Assembly (NCBI RefSeq): GCF_009914755.1
Contig: NC_060934.1
Strand: one strand, 5' to 3'
DNA length: 64,000 nt
Source of the DNA: the human T2T-CHM13v2.0 reference genome, Homo sapiens
Part shown: positions 13,600 through 27,995 of the stretch, piece by piece
Numbering within the stretch: the stretch's first letter is position 1
Layout of the letters: each line of letters opens with the position of its first letter
Program-made: the position numbers and the translations under genes
The notes under the pieces: generated by a model
The model's input: the letters and a program-made list of their open reading frames with translations, nothing else
The model's database searches: none
Told to the model about the DNA's origin: nothing

Positions 13600-13845
13600 C
13601 TGTAACATGGGGCTTAGGAGTATGATAAATTCCAGAGCCAGATACACCTAGGAAACAGTCTGGACACTGTGCTGCCTTGGATAAGATAGGAATTCTCACC
13701 AAAACTTTACATTATTATATATAAAATGAGGACAATACTATTAGCAACCACATAAGATTTCCATGAAGATTAAATGGGATAATGCAGGAAAAGAACAGAA
13801 CAGTGCCTGACATTTTATGAATTCTCATAAATGTCAGCTATCAGT
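13600..13845 (+). mobile_element. MIR fragment
   Basis: 'taaaatgaggacaata...gaagattaaatgggataatgca...agaacagtgcctgaca'. Confidence 0.65.
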
Positions 13846-13923
13846 ATGAGCAGTAACAATAGTAGCACTGGCAGTAGTAGTAATAAGCAAAATCTGTTAG
13901 AAAAAAAGGTAAAAAATTGTTAT

Positions 13924-14281
13924 TGATATGATTTGGCTCTGTGTTCTCACCCAAATCTCATGGGGGATTTTAATCCCCACATGTCAGGGGAGGGAACTGG
14001 TGGGAGGAGACTGGATCACAGACGTGAATTTTTTTCATGCTGTTCTCACGATAGTGAGTTCTCATGAGATCTGATGGTTTAAAAGTGTGGGGCTTCTCCC
14101 CTCACTCTCTTTCTCCTGCTGTCATGTAAGACATGCCTTGCTTCCCCTTTGCCTTCTGCTGTAATTTAAGTTTCCAGGGGCCTCCCCAGCCATGCAGAAT
14201 TGAGTCAATTAAACCTCTTTTCTTTATAATTAACCCAGTCTCAGGTAGTTCTTTACAGCAGTGTGAAAATGGACTAATACA
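13924..14281 (+). mobile_element. MaLR solo LTR (MSTA/THE1-like)
   Basis: TGATATG...ctcacccaaatctcat start; ends ggactaatacA. Confidence 0.92.
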
Positions 14282-16151
14282 AGTATAGTTAGAGAAGGCT
14301 CAAGAATGTGTGTGGGAGAGAGCATCTCAAGGAGTGCCAGGTCTAAGAGGCTTACTTGAAATTGTACTGGCAATCCAACAGGCTATTGAGAAGGAAGAGT
14401 GATGCCCCAGGGGGCTAATACTAAGCAGAGCAGATAGAGGAAGTGGCTTGAAGCAGATAGAGGAATAGGCACTGGAGTATAGAATAAATTCAGGGCTGAT
14501 GTGCAGGGACTGAGGCCCCCCTATTATCTAGGTCTGTTGCCACTATATCCTGCAGAGGGTGCAGTATATATCACATGACCACATTGTTACCAATCTCTCC
14601 CAACCCAGATCCAGCTTACTGGACCAGGGATAGCACCTGAGTAGGGGTTGCCTATCTACGGACTGGCCAGTTTATGTCTCAAGTCCAGGACCCTTCTACC
14701 AGGAGTGAAATTTTAATTCCAAATGGAAGACTTGAGAGATTCATGAAAGTAGAGATTATCAGCCCATATATACAGCACTGTTATAAAAAAATAAGTTTCA
14801 GAGGCCTCAGATTAGGACAAAATTACAGAACAGATGTGCAGAGAAACCCAGAGAGATCATGAGAAAGAGAGTTGAGGCTGAGAGAACAGTGACACCTGGG
14901 AGCTGTCATTCTGGAGGTTCAGGTCCTGATGCTGCAGAGGTGTGGCCCTCAGCTCTTCCTAGACTCTCACGAAGCCTCTCTGTAGTTTTTCCATGGCTCT
15001 CCTCTCTCATCTGCACTTGCTTTCCTTAGTTGCCAAGTAGAATGGAAACCCTATGCCAATTCTAAAAGCAAAGATTTGAAGGAGCCAAAAGAGCAAGTTT
15101 TCTTCTCTCATCTTTTTTCAGAAAAAAAGAGCAAGCTTTCTTTTTCTAAAGTTTCACTTCACACTAGCTGATGCTTTGGGATTATCCAAGAAAACCATAA
15201 GCAAAAGCATCCGCAACAACCTGGGAACACTACAGATAAGCCACCTTGCATCTAATCTGACTAATAGATGACATAGTTTCTCTCCATAAAATGCACCTCT
15301 TTCAGTTTGGCTGATGGGATGGCTAAAAAAGAAAAAAAAAGCATCTCTCTGATGCAGTGCACACCCTGTTAAGGGAAAATAAACCAGCATTCTGCAATTT
15401 CAGTGACCAGTATTTGAAATAAGAAATAAGTCTTTCATTTACTGGTTGTCTGACCTTGGATAAGCTTTATCACCTCTGTAAGGCTCACATTCTGCATCTG
15501 TAAATTGGAGGTAATAATATTTACCTTGAATGAGTTCTGCACAAATTAAATGTGATAGTGCATTAAACTTTCAGCATGTGAACACACAGTAGCAGGCCTG
15601 CCGCAAGCCTATACTGCCTTAATGGGATAAGAAAAATGTACTTTTTCTTCTGGGAGAACAACTGGCAAGTAGGGTGTGGAATCTGAAGAGCAGTACATAG
15701 CAAGAGTTCTTAATCATCATTAAGTGTTAATTATTAAATTGTTGTTGTAGATAACTTATGTCTAAATTCATTTATTTTCAGAAACGCAGCATAGCTCCAC
15801 ATAACAAACTGTAGTTTATATAATTTCTCCTTGGAGATGGTTTATAACTAGTTCGGTAGTTGGTGTCAAATACAGTGTCATCAGCTTTCAGCAGGCTGAA
15901 AATCAATGCAGCCGTGAGTGCTGTCAATAGTACCGATTACATCTCATTGGTCATGATGGAAAGTGGTTTGAATTTACTTAATATGGATTATTTTTTAACT
16001 TGATGCCTGCTTATATGTCACTCTAAACACTGAATCAGAGCAGGTTGACATGAAAATAAAACTTATCTCTGTCTTCCAATGGCTCCAGTAGCCACCTATG
16101 ACAGTTGATCTATCTATATTACAGACTGCATAATTCAAAGTGACAATAAAT

Positions 16152-16452
<301 letters not shown>

Positions 16453-17467
16453 AAAGTGACAATAAAGAAAAAAGAAGCTAGCATAATTTCACACACATGG
16501 AAGGTAAGGATTTCTGACAGATTTATTTATTATATAACCTGCTGAAAACTCTGTGTGGAAATGTTTCAGTCACTGCTCTTTGCAGACAGGCAAATTCTTT
16601 CATCCTCAGGCCCTTTGGATAAATTTTCTCCGGGAGCTCATGGACTCTAAATCTGTCAAATAGGGACCTATTAAATCTGACTCAGTGCTATAAATGGTAG
16701 AAGCCTGAAGCCTTGAGTTGTAGCAGCTCTGAAGATGACACACACCTCCCCATATGGCATTTTATGGTAGAGAAGAGCAAAGCTATTAGAACTGCCATCT
16801 TCCAAATTAGAAACCAAAGGAAGCATTTGCAATTCTTGCCCCTCTTGGACACCAACCCCAAGTACGGTGGCCACTGCCCAGCCAGACTGTGCTGTATTTT
16901 CACTTTTCAATGATCAGGGGTAAATGAATGAAAGAATTCAGAATCATGTGATTATCTCATCTCCAGAGTAAAGGGATGGTGAGTGTCTGGAGACAACACT
17001 AAGAACTGGTTGAAGAATACCACCCAAAGCCCGGGAAGAGGTCATATGTTTGTTCTCACATGTGGCAGCTCCCAGGTATGAGTGTTGAAGCCTTCTGAAA
17101 GCATCATATTTGGGAACTCTTTGACCTAACATAATGCCTGTGTGATTAACTCATTCAAATTCTAAGAATGACAAAGCTTAAGCAAACCGAGTTCTCTACA
17201 ATTGGTACTCCATCTGTCTGCTTCCAGAAAGCAGTGTTTAGGCACCAGAACCTAATCAAGAAAAAGAGGAACAGGGCTTCTAGATGGGGAAGTGGGACTG
17301 TGCCTCACAACGGGCCTGCCACAGGATAGGCTTCAGTAAATGGACCTTCCTCTCTTGCTTATACAGGGCACTCCATGCTTCAGACTGAGGGTTTTTTCCT
17401 TACCATGTGGGAAGGAAGAATATTAACTCTATCCAAAGGATAGGTGGACCTGAAGTTGCTCAGGGTC

Positions 17468-17840
17468 TGTTGGAGGCTGGTTTTCCAGAAGCAAATAAGA
17501 CACAGTTTGACATGCTGGATATCTATTAAAAACCAACGCCTGTGGGAGAGTGTTGGAGGAGAGGCAGAAATCTAACCATGAGACAGGTTTACAAGGTCTT
17601 GGCCAACTCCACTGGAAGTTTGAGAGCACATATGGCCTATCTGAGTTGTCCCACATTGGGCCAAAAGGGCTGGGCTTTTATAGCCCTGCTTTAATTGGTC
17701 ACTGAATATGGGCCACCCCAGGAAGGCATGAATACCTTTGGGGAATGTAGGTCTCTGTGTGAAGCAATCCCAGAAGTGAAAGAGTTGAAAGCTTTTTGCT
17801 GGCTGCTGGGGCAGTGAAACTTCCCTTGAAAGGGTCCTGT
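17468..17840. mobile_element. Old MLT1-type LTR, possibly with adjacent MaLR internal remnants to ~19350
   Basis: 'gtcttggccaactccactggaagtttgagagca...gagttgtcccacattgggccaaaagggctgggc' is MLT1-like; the internal assignment is tentative. Confidence 0.5.
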
Positions 17841-18046
17841 TCTTTTCCCAGTAGGATTTAGCAAGGTAGACCTTCCTTGGTGGGGCTTTTAATCTTTAGA
17901 GCTTAGCCACTCTGACTCAGTACCTAGTTCTAAACTTTCTGGGCCCTTCTTTCTGCTCCTGGAGGTGAGTGCCTCTATGTAAGCTCCCAACTGTGCCTTC
18001 CCTTTACTCTTTTCTTTCTGTTGCATATTAGTCTCCTGGTACTTTT

Positions 18047-18371
18047 TTCTTTTCTTCTTCTTTTTTTTTTTTTTTTTTTTTTTTTTTGAGACGGGGTATC
18101 TCTCTGTCACCCAGGCTGGAATGCAGCGGTATAATCATTGTTGTCTGCAACCTTAAACTCCTTAGCTCAAGTGATCCTCCTGCCTTAGCCTCCTGAGTAG
18201 CTGATACTACAGTCATGAGCCACCCATGCCTGGCTAATTCTTTTTATTTTTGCAGAGTTGGGGGTCACACTATATTGATCAGGTTGATCTCAAACTGTTG
18301 GCCTCCAGTGATCCTTCCACCTCGGCCTCCTAAAGTGGTGAAATTATAGGTGTGAGCCATCATGCCTGGCC
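18047..18371 (-). mobile_element. AluJ
   Basis: Antisense J-type Alu with a long T tract; TSD tcctgg(t/c)actttt. Confidence 0.92.
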
Positions 18372-18561
18372 TCCTGGCACTTTTCTGTAACAGCTTCTCC
18401 TTCAAATCTTGGCATACATACTACTGGAGGTTCAGGGCTACCAACTGGACACTTTTAATTTTAGTGTTCTCTGATCACATTGCTCTCAGTGAGACTTGTT
18501 CTCTCCTACTTCCAGTCATAGATTGCAGAGTAGAGTTAGCCCTGACCATTGTTAGTGACAC

Positions 18562-18993
18562 TGCTACCAAAATGCCTGGGGTTCCCTCTTGGTCCTGCTG
18601 CTTGCTGCCCAGGAAGTCAATCACTGAGACAATGAGTATTTCCAGGGAAGAAGGCTTTATTCGAATGTTGCATTCAAGGAGATAAAAGATCTGTCTCAAA
18701 TTCATCTCCCTAACTGGGCAAAATTGGGGTGTTTAGGCAGCAGGGAACGTGGGAAAACAGGAATTAGGGAGGAGTAAGGAAGTAATCACGATGAATGAGG
18801 AGTCTGGCATCTCATTATCTGGATGCAGTGATCTAGTGAGTTTCAGTTCCTTGCCTGAGAGTGAGTTTCCTGAGAAAGGAACTCAGATAAGACAAATGCA
18901 AGTTTCAACTTTTAAGACCAGGGAAAGTCAATTTCTATGTTTATTTTAAAAATTTGTAAATATAAATTCTATGAGACAATTGGGCCAGTTTCA
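18562..18993 (-). mobile_element. ERV solo LTR (LTR47-like)
   Basis: TG...CA ends; the reverse complement begins TGAAACTGGCCCAATTGTCTCATAGAA; antisense polyA signal 'ctttatt'. Confidence 0.7.
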
Positions 18994-19569
18994 GCATGGG
19001 TGCCTTCCCTAGTCCTGATGGCTTTGGTAATCAGTGTATTCTCTAGGTATACCCATGAAGCATGACATCTGTTGGGTACTGTGGCCTTATATAGTGCAGC
19101 ATGTCCATTTCCCTGAGCCATTCAGTCCCTTCCTCCACTGTCTGCCATGGCAACTCTAGCATTTCAACTTTACTCATTGGGTCATGGCTGCTCCCATGCT
19201 TCTAAGAATCATCCTAAATGGGCTTTTGCACCATTTCTCAGGGTCCTCACCAGGTTGTTGTATCTATATCTTGGTAGAATACTCCCTAACCAATTATCTC
19301 TCCTATATCCATACCCACACACCCTTAATTTGGTAATTTCCAGGTAAAGCTACAATCAGAAACTGGTAAGAGAGCTCTGCTGTCTTATAGAAAAAAAGAA
19401 AATCCACCTATTTAAAGGCACTGAAAAGTCATGGCATCAAAATCAAATTTGCAGTCAGAAAAGGAGAATTCCCCTAATGGAGACGCTCCTCCAAGTAGAG
19501 GGGCTTCTCAATAAACCAAACAATACCAAGGCGTCATTAGATTCTCCACTAACTAAAGGCAGATGATTC

Positions 19570-20404
19570 TGATATGGGAGGGGAGCAGGGAAGTGTTGGG
19601 TAGAGAAGTGTGGGGTGTCTGGCAAGGGCTGTACCATCAGGCCTATGCCCACGGACCTAAGTGAGAATAGGCATTCCTGTTTTTGCGCCCAAATGTTGCA
19701 TTTTTCCAAGACCACTCTGGCTGGCACATCCCCTATCCTATGCCCATATAAACCCAAGACCTTAGTGGGCACACACACAAGCAGCTGAACATCGAAAGGA
19801 GCAGAGGACCAGACAGCAGCAGACACCGGCAGACCAGTGATGGTGGAACGACATGCAAAGAATGAGAGGAAAGGAAGGATATCTGGATGCCAAGGGAAAT
19901 TTGGCTGGGGTGGTCAGAGAAGAGTCCAGTTGCTGGGCAGCCTAACTCTAGGGGAAGATCACCTTCCCACTCCATCCCCCTCTTCTGTTCCCCATCCATC
20001 TCACTGAGAGCCACCTCCACCACTCAATAAAACTTTGAATTCATCCTTCCAGCCCACATGTGATCCAATTTTTCTGGTACACTGGGCAAGAACTCAGGCT
20101 ATCACACTGGCCCCCTGCCCTTGCAATAAGGCAGAGGATCTATTGAGCTGATTAACACAAGCCGTCTGTAGACAGAAAAGCTGAAAGAGCACACTGTAAC
20201 ACATGCCCACCTGGGCTTTGGGAGTCATAGACACCCACCCCTCAATGCTGCCATGGGAGCGGAGACCAAAAGCACTCCCACGGTCTCTGCACCTGCCCAT
20301 TTGCATGCTTCCCCTAGGGTTTTGAGCTGTGGGGGTAAGAGAAGGAGTGAGCCACACCCCTGTCACATGTCCTTTGAGGGGGATAAGGGAACTCTTCTGT
20401 TTCA
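19570..20404 (+). mobile_element. ERV1 solo LTR (LTR1 family)
   Basis: TGATATGGGAGGGAGCAGGGAAG...GGGAACTCTTCTGTTTCA; TATA-like 'catataaa' near 19745, AATAAA near 20026; perfect 4-bp TSD attc. Confidence 0.85.
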
Positions 20405-21189
20405 ATTCTAGGGTTGATGGTTGCAAACAGCTCACTCAGGCTTTTAATGATGGAGGAGGCTTGGGTTTCAGAGCCTCAGCAAAGAAGGCAAAAGTTTTAT
20501 GAATAAATGAATCACCACATCACACAGTAAGCCACAGGTTTTCATCAACATTAATTTTGCTGAATATTAAAAAGATTTAAATTGCTGCAAATACAAACAT
20601 GGCAAATAAAAGAGCAAAAATGCAACTATTGGGATTATAATATATGTATAAGAATGAGTAATCAAATGTACACTCCAAGTGGAAGACTATATAAATACTA
20701 ACTACTCCACCGTTTACTACCAATAATAATGTTTCATCAGGACAAGGCTATTCCTTAAGTAATTTATATTCTCTGCCTTTATTAAGTTATTAATCTCACT
20801 TATATGGTTAATGGGGAAACCCTAGGTCCAAATTAGGGACCAGAGGAAATGAATCAGAATTAAAGGCAAAGGAGCATTTTATAATCTTGCATTTGTAACG
20901 TTGCTTTGCTTAATGAACTATCCCCAACTCCTTGCCTTGACCTTGAATCCAGAAGAATCTACCCTAGAGACATTTATCAGAGCTTTCCAGTTAGACCACA
21001 CACACATTGCCAGGACTAAGAAATAACTCTGGTCCAACTCAGTCTCTGCTAAAGCATTCATATTTCAATGAGTCCAATTAAACTAAGTTTTATTCTGTAT
21101 GTCAAGGAAAGAGGAAAGAGAGGAAGGGTGTCTAGTGATCCCCTGTGTAAGGTTGTCCATGTTAAAATTGTTATACTCTTTGGGAGACA

Positions 21190-21370
21190 AGGAGTAGAGT
21201 ACAATGGTTAACAGTGTGGACTCCAGAGTTACACAGACCAGGCTAAATTCCAGCTCAGCCTGTAACTGAGTAAATTTTGGGTACATTATTTAACATCTTT
21301 GAACCTGAGGTCTCTTATCTACAAAGAGGGTATAATAGTAGTATCTATTGTTAGGCTTATGAAGAAGACC
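21190..21370 (+). mobile_element. MIR fragment
   Basis: 'gtacaatggttaacagtgtggactccagagt...aaattccagctc...tttaacatctttgaacctgag'. Confidence 0.7.
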
Positions 21371-21377
21371 ATTTCAC

Positions 21378-21495
21378 GGGGGAGGGGAAGGGAGTGGAGG
21401 GGAGGGGAGGGGAGGGAAGGGGGAGGGAAGGGGGAGGGAAGGGGGAGGGAAGGGGAGGGGAGGGAAGGGGAAGTGAGGGGAGGGGAGGGGAGAGA
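21378..21495. repeat. G/A-rich (GGGGA/GGGAA)n low-complexity tract
   Basis: Nearly pure purine run with many G3-G5 tracts. Confidence 0.95.
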
Positions 21496-22106
21496 TAAAC
21501 CAAATAAAACTTTCGGAAGTCAACTCTTTACACAAATTATCTGCAATAGGACAGACTGAAGAATTCTTTCCAAGCACCTTCCCACCACAGTCTGTTCTTA
21601 TTCTCCAAGTTTCACTGAATAATTCATGAGCAAAAGGATATGAGCATGGAAAGAGCAGCAGCCTTCTAGGAGCACCATTCCAGAGGCCATCCCAACATCA
21701 AGCATACTTACTAATGGTGTTTGTGGGGAATGAAAAAGATGCTGAGTCTTCTCATGGCCATGTGGCCCAGGGAAGAACACCATCAGATGAATGGCCTTAT
21801 TCTTCTTGCTCTGCAATTGCAGATGCCATTACAAAGCTAGGTTAAAGCAAAAGACTCTACAGCAGCTTAAATATCTGTTGTCAGCCACTCTGCCTATACA
21901 CATCCTCAGACCATTAGGGGAGTCACTTGGGTTCCAGCCCTGGTCTGCTAAGATACCTTCTCATTGTCAATTGGCATCTGCCTTGAGAGGCAGCTTCTCT
22001 CCCTGTTTTGCATCCAGTCTATAGTGGAATGTGTTGACCACACATTGTCCCCAGTGAGATTTTCTACCTCTAAAACCACTATTCCCATAAGCCTGAAAGA
22101 GTCTGG

Positions 22107-22471
22107 TTATATGAGTTGGCTTTGTCCCCACCCAAATCTCATCTTGAATTGTTTTTTCTGTCATCCCCATGTGTCATGAGAGAGACCTGGGGCGAAGTAA
22201 TGGAATCGTGGGGGTGGGTTTTTCCCATGCTGTTCTTATGATAATGAAGAAGTCTCATGAGATCTGATGGTTTCATAAAGCGTAGTTCCCCTGCACGTGC
22301 TCTCTTGCCTGCTGCCATGTAAGACATGACTTTGTTCCTCCTTTGCTTTTTGCCACTATTGTGAGGCCTCCCCAGCCATGTGGAACTGTGAGTCCATTAC
22401 ACCTCTTTTTCTTTATAAATTACTCAGTCTTGGGTATATCTTTATTAGCAGCATGAGAATGGACTAATGCA
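22107..22471 (+). mobile_element. THE1 solo LTR
   Basis: 'gtccccacccaaatctcatcttgaattgt...gaggcctccccagccatgtggaactgtgagtcc...ggactaatgca'; TSD (t/c)ctgg. Confidence 0.92.
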
Positions 22472-22718
22472 CCTGGCCTTGTGGATATATGCTGCAGCAT
22501 ATGGAGAGTGACCATATACTTTATCATAGAAACCTAGGCATGGTTAAGAGTACAGAGAGTATATTAATTCCATAAGCAATGGATGCAAACTAGGACTAGC
22601 CAGAGACAGTTTATCTGGCTAGTGGATGCAGGGTATGAAATTAAGGTTTCATGCGGCAGAAATTCATTTAAAAAATAAGTATGAAATCCTTCTTTGTTAT
22701 TCTCCCTTTGAAACTATT

Positions 22719-23193
22719 TGTAGTAGGCTGAATAATGGCTCCCAAAAATATCAGGTCCTAATCCTTGGAACATGTAAATATTACCTTACATGACAAAGGT
22801 GATTTTGTAGATATGATTAAATTAAGGATTTTGAGATGGATGGATTATTCTGGATTATTTAGGTGGGTCCTAAATTCAATAACATGTATCCTTATACAAG
22901 TGAAACTTGACTACATACAGAGAAGACAATGTGCAGATGGAGTAGAGATAATTTGAAGATACTGGCCATGAATATTGGAGTTATGTAGTCATAAACCAAG
23001 GAATTCTGGTAGCCATCAGTGCTAAAGGAGGCAAGGAACAGATTCTCCAGAAGGAGTGCAATCCTGCCGATTTTGGTCCAGTGATAGTGATTTGACAATT
23101 CTGATCTCCAGAACTGTAAAAAAATAAATTTTAATTATTGTAAGCCACCAAACGTCTGGTACTTTGTTACAGCAGGTACAGGAAACTACTACA
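22719..23193 (+). mobile_element. MLT1 (C/D-like) LTR
   Basis: 'tgtagtaggctgaataatggctcccaaaa...aaggattttgagatgg...acaggaaactactaca'. Confidence 0.85.
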
Positions 23194-23571
23194 CTAGTTT
23201 AATTCTTTTTTCTTTAGTAATGATTTCTGAAAATAAAATATTTTTTTAAACTTTTAACAAATAAGCAATGCAAAAGCGTACCAAAAAAATGAGTTAAAAG
23301 AAATCACTGTAAAGTTCATATCCCGAGGAGGGGATAAAAAGGCACTAGTGTTTGCTGAACATCATTTCTACTGTCTTTCTACTTATTAAGGATAAATACA
23401 TAAATAGAAACAAATATATATAAATAGAATATAAACCTAATTCAATGAAATCATAATATGTACAATATTTTTTAAAGAATTTAAATTCGCTTTTGCATAA
23501 CAAAATAAATGAATATTTTAAAAAAACTGTTGAATTTCAAATAAACCATTCTTTATTAAAAGGAAGTTGAG

Positions 23572-23763
23572 CCTTCCTTCCTTCCTCCCTCCCTTCCTCC
23601 ATCCTTCCTTCTCTCTTTCTCTCTCTCTTTTTCTTTCTTTCTTTCTGAGATGGGATCTCACTATATTGCCCGGGCTGGTTTCAAACTCCAGGGCTCAAGT
23701 GGTCCTCCCACCTCAGCCTCCCAAACTTCTAAGATTATAGGCATGAGCTACCACATCCAGTCA
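23572..23763 (-). mobile_element. FLAM/Alu left monomer with microsatellite-converted tail
   Basis: Single Alu arm 23645-23763; (CTTC)/(CT)/(CTTT) tail; TSD gaagttgag. Confidence 0.85.
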
Positions 23764-25129
23764 GAAGTTGAGTTTCCATTCCCAAACTCTCCTGCCTCTA
23801 AAAGATTATATACCCTAATCCTTTTCCTCATAACCTAAGTTCAATGTCAGTTTACCTTTGGTTAAACAGAAGGTTGGCCTTCAAGTGAAATAGGACAGTT
23901 AATGTGGTCGTGAGGCTGAAGGAACACAAAAGATACCACTTCTGACAAATACATCCCTATGGTCCAAGTATGGGATCAGTAATTTCTACCTTCAGACACT
24001 GGTTTGGGGAAATGCCGCTGATTAAATGCAGAAATAACACTTGAAACGTTGATGGTGCAGTGAGAAGTGATTGATAAAGACAGGAGACCAAGGCCTTTCA
24101 TCCAGACTGGCTACTATTTGTTATTTATGACTTTTTAATCCAGGTTGCTCTGCCTTCACTTAGGGATTGTGTGAAGATCAAATGGGAGAGATTATCTAAA
24201 ATCTTCCAAAACGATAACTCTAAGGTATGGTTATATCAGTAGCCCATGCAGCCATTCTGCATTTAGAACCTTTACCCAGGAGCAAAGAACAAACAGAAAG
24301 TTACAGTGGAATGAGTTATATGTCTATGACCTTGACTCAGTTGCTTAAACTTCCTGAGTCTCAATTTCCACATCCTTAGAATGGGAAAAATAATAACACT
24401 CGACTCATAGGTTAGCATGAGAACTAAATAATGCATTCTATAAAACAATTATAATAAAGATTCTAGGTCATCATGAGCATTTTATAAATGACAGCTAACA
24501 AAACCAAACAAAACAAAATTTTCAGGAAGAGAGTTTGTCAGAAAAAGTGCAGGAAAGCACTCTCTGGGATAGACAGGCCTAAATAGCATATGGTAATGGA
24601 GACCCAAGGCCATGGCAGCCCTAGAATAGCATAATGGCAGTGCAGAATGAAAGCAGGCAGAGAAAGCCCCACTCTTCATGTCAGCTTTTTACCTTACCCA
24701 GCTCTGCTAATCATGGTTTATATTTAACACTAGCAAATGCAGACTCTGCAAAACACTGTATCAGATAGAGCAGAAGCATGGTGGCAAAGAATACAAGCCT
24801 TGAATTCAACCATTGGCTCTATCATCAACAGGATGTGTGATCATGGGCAAGTTACTTAACTTCTGTTTCTTCATCTGTCAAATGGGAATAATAATTCACT
24901 TCATAGAGAATGTGAGAGGATTGTGCCCCACAGGACCTGTTATAAAAAATAGATACTTTAGAAATTGAAGCTACTTTTGTGACTAATTTTATCAGAAACC
25001 ATCTTTTAGGAGGTTAAAGCATAGCTAAAGGAACAAGAGTAATCAAAATGAAATAAATGAGCAACAACAAAACATGGGAAACTATTAAGAGCTAAAGTCA
25101 GGGATTTCCTTCATTAATATGCATTAACT

Positions 25130-25445
<316 letters not shown>

Positions 25446-27066
25446 CTATGCATTGTAGTAGTCACTGTGTATCACTATATGTCAGCTATTGTGCTATCTG
25501 CTGCAGAAATAATAGTGAATAGAATAGTGACAGTCCCAGCCCCAAAGCATTTACAATACAGGGGTGCTGTTGACTCAATAGGAGTTCATCATATGGGCAT
25601 TCCCGCTTCTCCTACTGCTCCCTAAAATAAGCACAAAGAAAGTTTCCTCTACATGTTCACTGCCTGTTTACCTTCCTGCTTCTAGCTAATATAATACAGA
25701 GACACTTGCAGAAATTTTTGTTAATATCCAGATCTAAATTTACAGAGTCAAAGGCTGCAGCCCTGGAGCCTGAATTGCATTCATGAATATGTAGTAGTAA
25801 GATATTGCTTTACAAATATGACAGCATCTAAGAGTCAATATATATTGTGGTAGTTATTTGGTGTTAGACTAGGCCTGAGAGAAGAGCTTTGAAATAAAGG
25901 GAGACTGGGTGAGAAGAAAACCATTATTCACCAAAGACCTACCCTGAGTCAGAGGCCAGGTGCTGTGAAATGCTATAGGTAATTTAATAAACTGGCACAA
26001 GGCGCTTGGTTATTTTCCTCCTGTCACAAATGAAGAGCCTGAGGCTCAGAAATGGTAAGTGATTTACCCAAAGCCACAAAGCCAATGAGGGGCAGATGAA
26101 AATTTCAAAGTCTCTGCATCTAGTTTATTCCACCTTATCAAAGAGCCTCAGCAGACAGACATCCTGGCACAGGCTCTGTCACTAACTTGTTTTAGCCACT
26201 ATGGATGAATCATTCATTCCCACTTGGTCCTTGGAAATAAATGAGTGGTTTGGACTAGACGATTTCTGAGTTATTTTCATGTTATCTTTCTTACCTTCTG
26301 GCTTGGACTTAAGCATGAATATCAAAGGCAGAGCTGGGAACAACTACAGAAGGATGTGCTACTTGCAAAAGGACATCCTTCTCAGAGTGAGCCTCATACC
26401 CAAGGTGCCTGCAGATGACACCCTCCTTTACCCGGGTCATTTTAGTTGTCCTCTAACCTGGGAGTTAATGCCTGGCCCTTGCAGTGGTCTCTATATACTA
26501 GAGACCATTCTGATTGCAATTTAAGGCAGTGCCCTGTCACATAAACAGACCCAAGATCAGTAGTTACAAACTGAGACTTAATTAGAAACTTAAAAGGTCA
26601 TTTAACCTTGTTTAGCTCCAGTCTTCTTGGCTGTAAAATGGGAATGACACCTGTTCTCCTCATTTGGATCTCTTGAACTTTAAATGATAAAATTGAGACA
26701 TGAAAACACTTTGAAATAGATAAAATGGTCACAGCAGGCAAGTTAGATGTTTGTAACTAGAAAAGAGCATGTGTCCAATATCAGAAAAGGAATGAACATA
26801 TTTAAATTTATATATATTAAATTTTATCATTTATATTTGATCATATTAACATTCTGTCTATATTTTTTAACACAACTCTAATTTTAAGGATAAAGGCCAC
26901 ATTTTCTGGCAAACTGATTTATATATACACTAGTATTCTTCATTATGATACAGAAACATAAGTCAGAAACAGTGGGGGCACTTTCTTATAGAAGCAGATA
27001 CCTGTGCCATGAAGAAGGCCAACTGACTCCGAATTTCTAGGAGTGAGACCTATAGATTTACGTTTT

Positions 27067-27388
<322 letters not shown>

Positions 27389-27779
27389 AGATCTACATTT
27401 TAACTAATTATTTCATCCCCCAACTGATTCACATCTAGGTGGTCTTCAGGACTCTGGATGCAGAGAGTCAGCTAAATGCTTTTGATGGAGTAGATTAACA
27501 ATGAAATATCTAACCTTGCCTGGGCTTAACCCGGCAGATTATAACGGGTGGGTATCAGGAACTGTGGTAGGGGTGGATGGACATTCCGTGTGTTTCAATA
27601 CATGGGAGTCACAGTTAATCAAGGTGCCACAGAATCGTGCCTGGGAAAAGCATTTCCATTACTCCATGTCTACTGAACCAAAAGTATTCCAAGAAGTTAA
27701 GATTGAACACATGGACTAGAATCAATAATCCTAATGCTCTGAAAACCTCAGACCATCCATCAAGCTATCTCAAAATCAT

Positions 27780-27995
27780 AATGGCTAAAAACGTGACCTC
27801 TGGAATAAGAACAGCTGGCACTAAATCCCAATTCTAGTAACAATCAGCTGCATTACTGAGAAAGTTAGCCGCACTCATCTTATCTATAAAATAGGGTTAA
27901 TATTAGCACCCAGGTTGCATAGTTTATGTAAACACTACATGAGATGAAATATTCTTAATGCAGTGCCTGGCACAGATTGAGGGCTCAATAAATGC
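27780..27995 (+). mobile_element. MIR fragment
   Basis: 'tcttatctataaaatagggttaatattagcacc...cagtgcctggcacaga...gctcaataaatg'. Confidence 0.7.

Noticed and set aside
21299-21577. G/E/R-rich and Pro-rich ORFs
   Set aside because: They are translations of the polypurine low-complexity tract.
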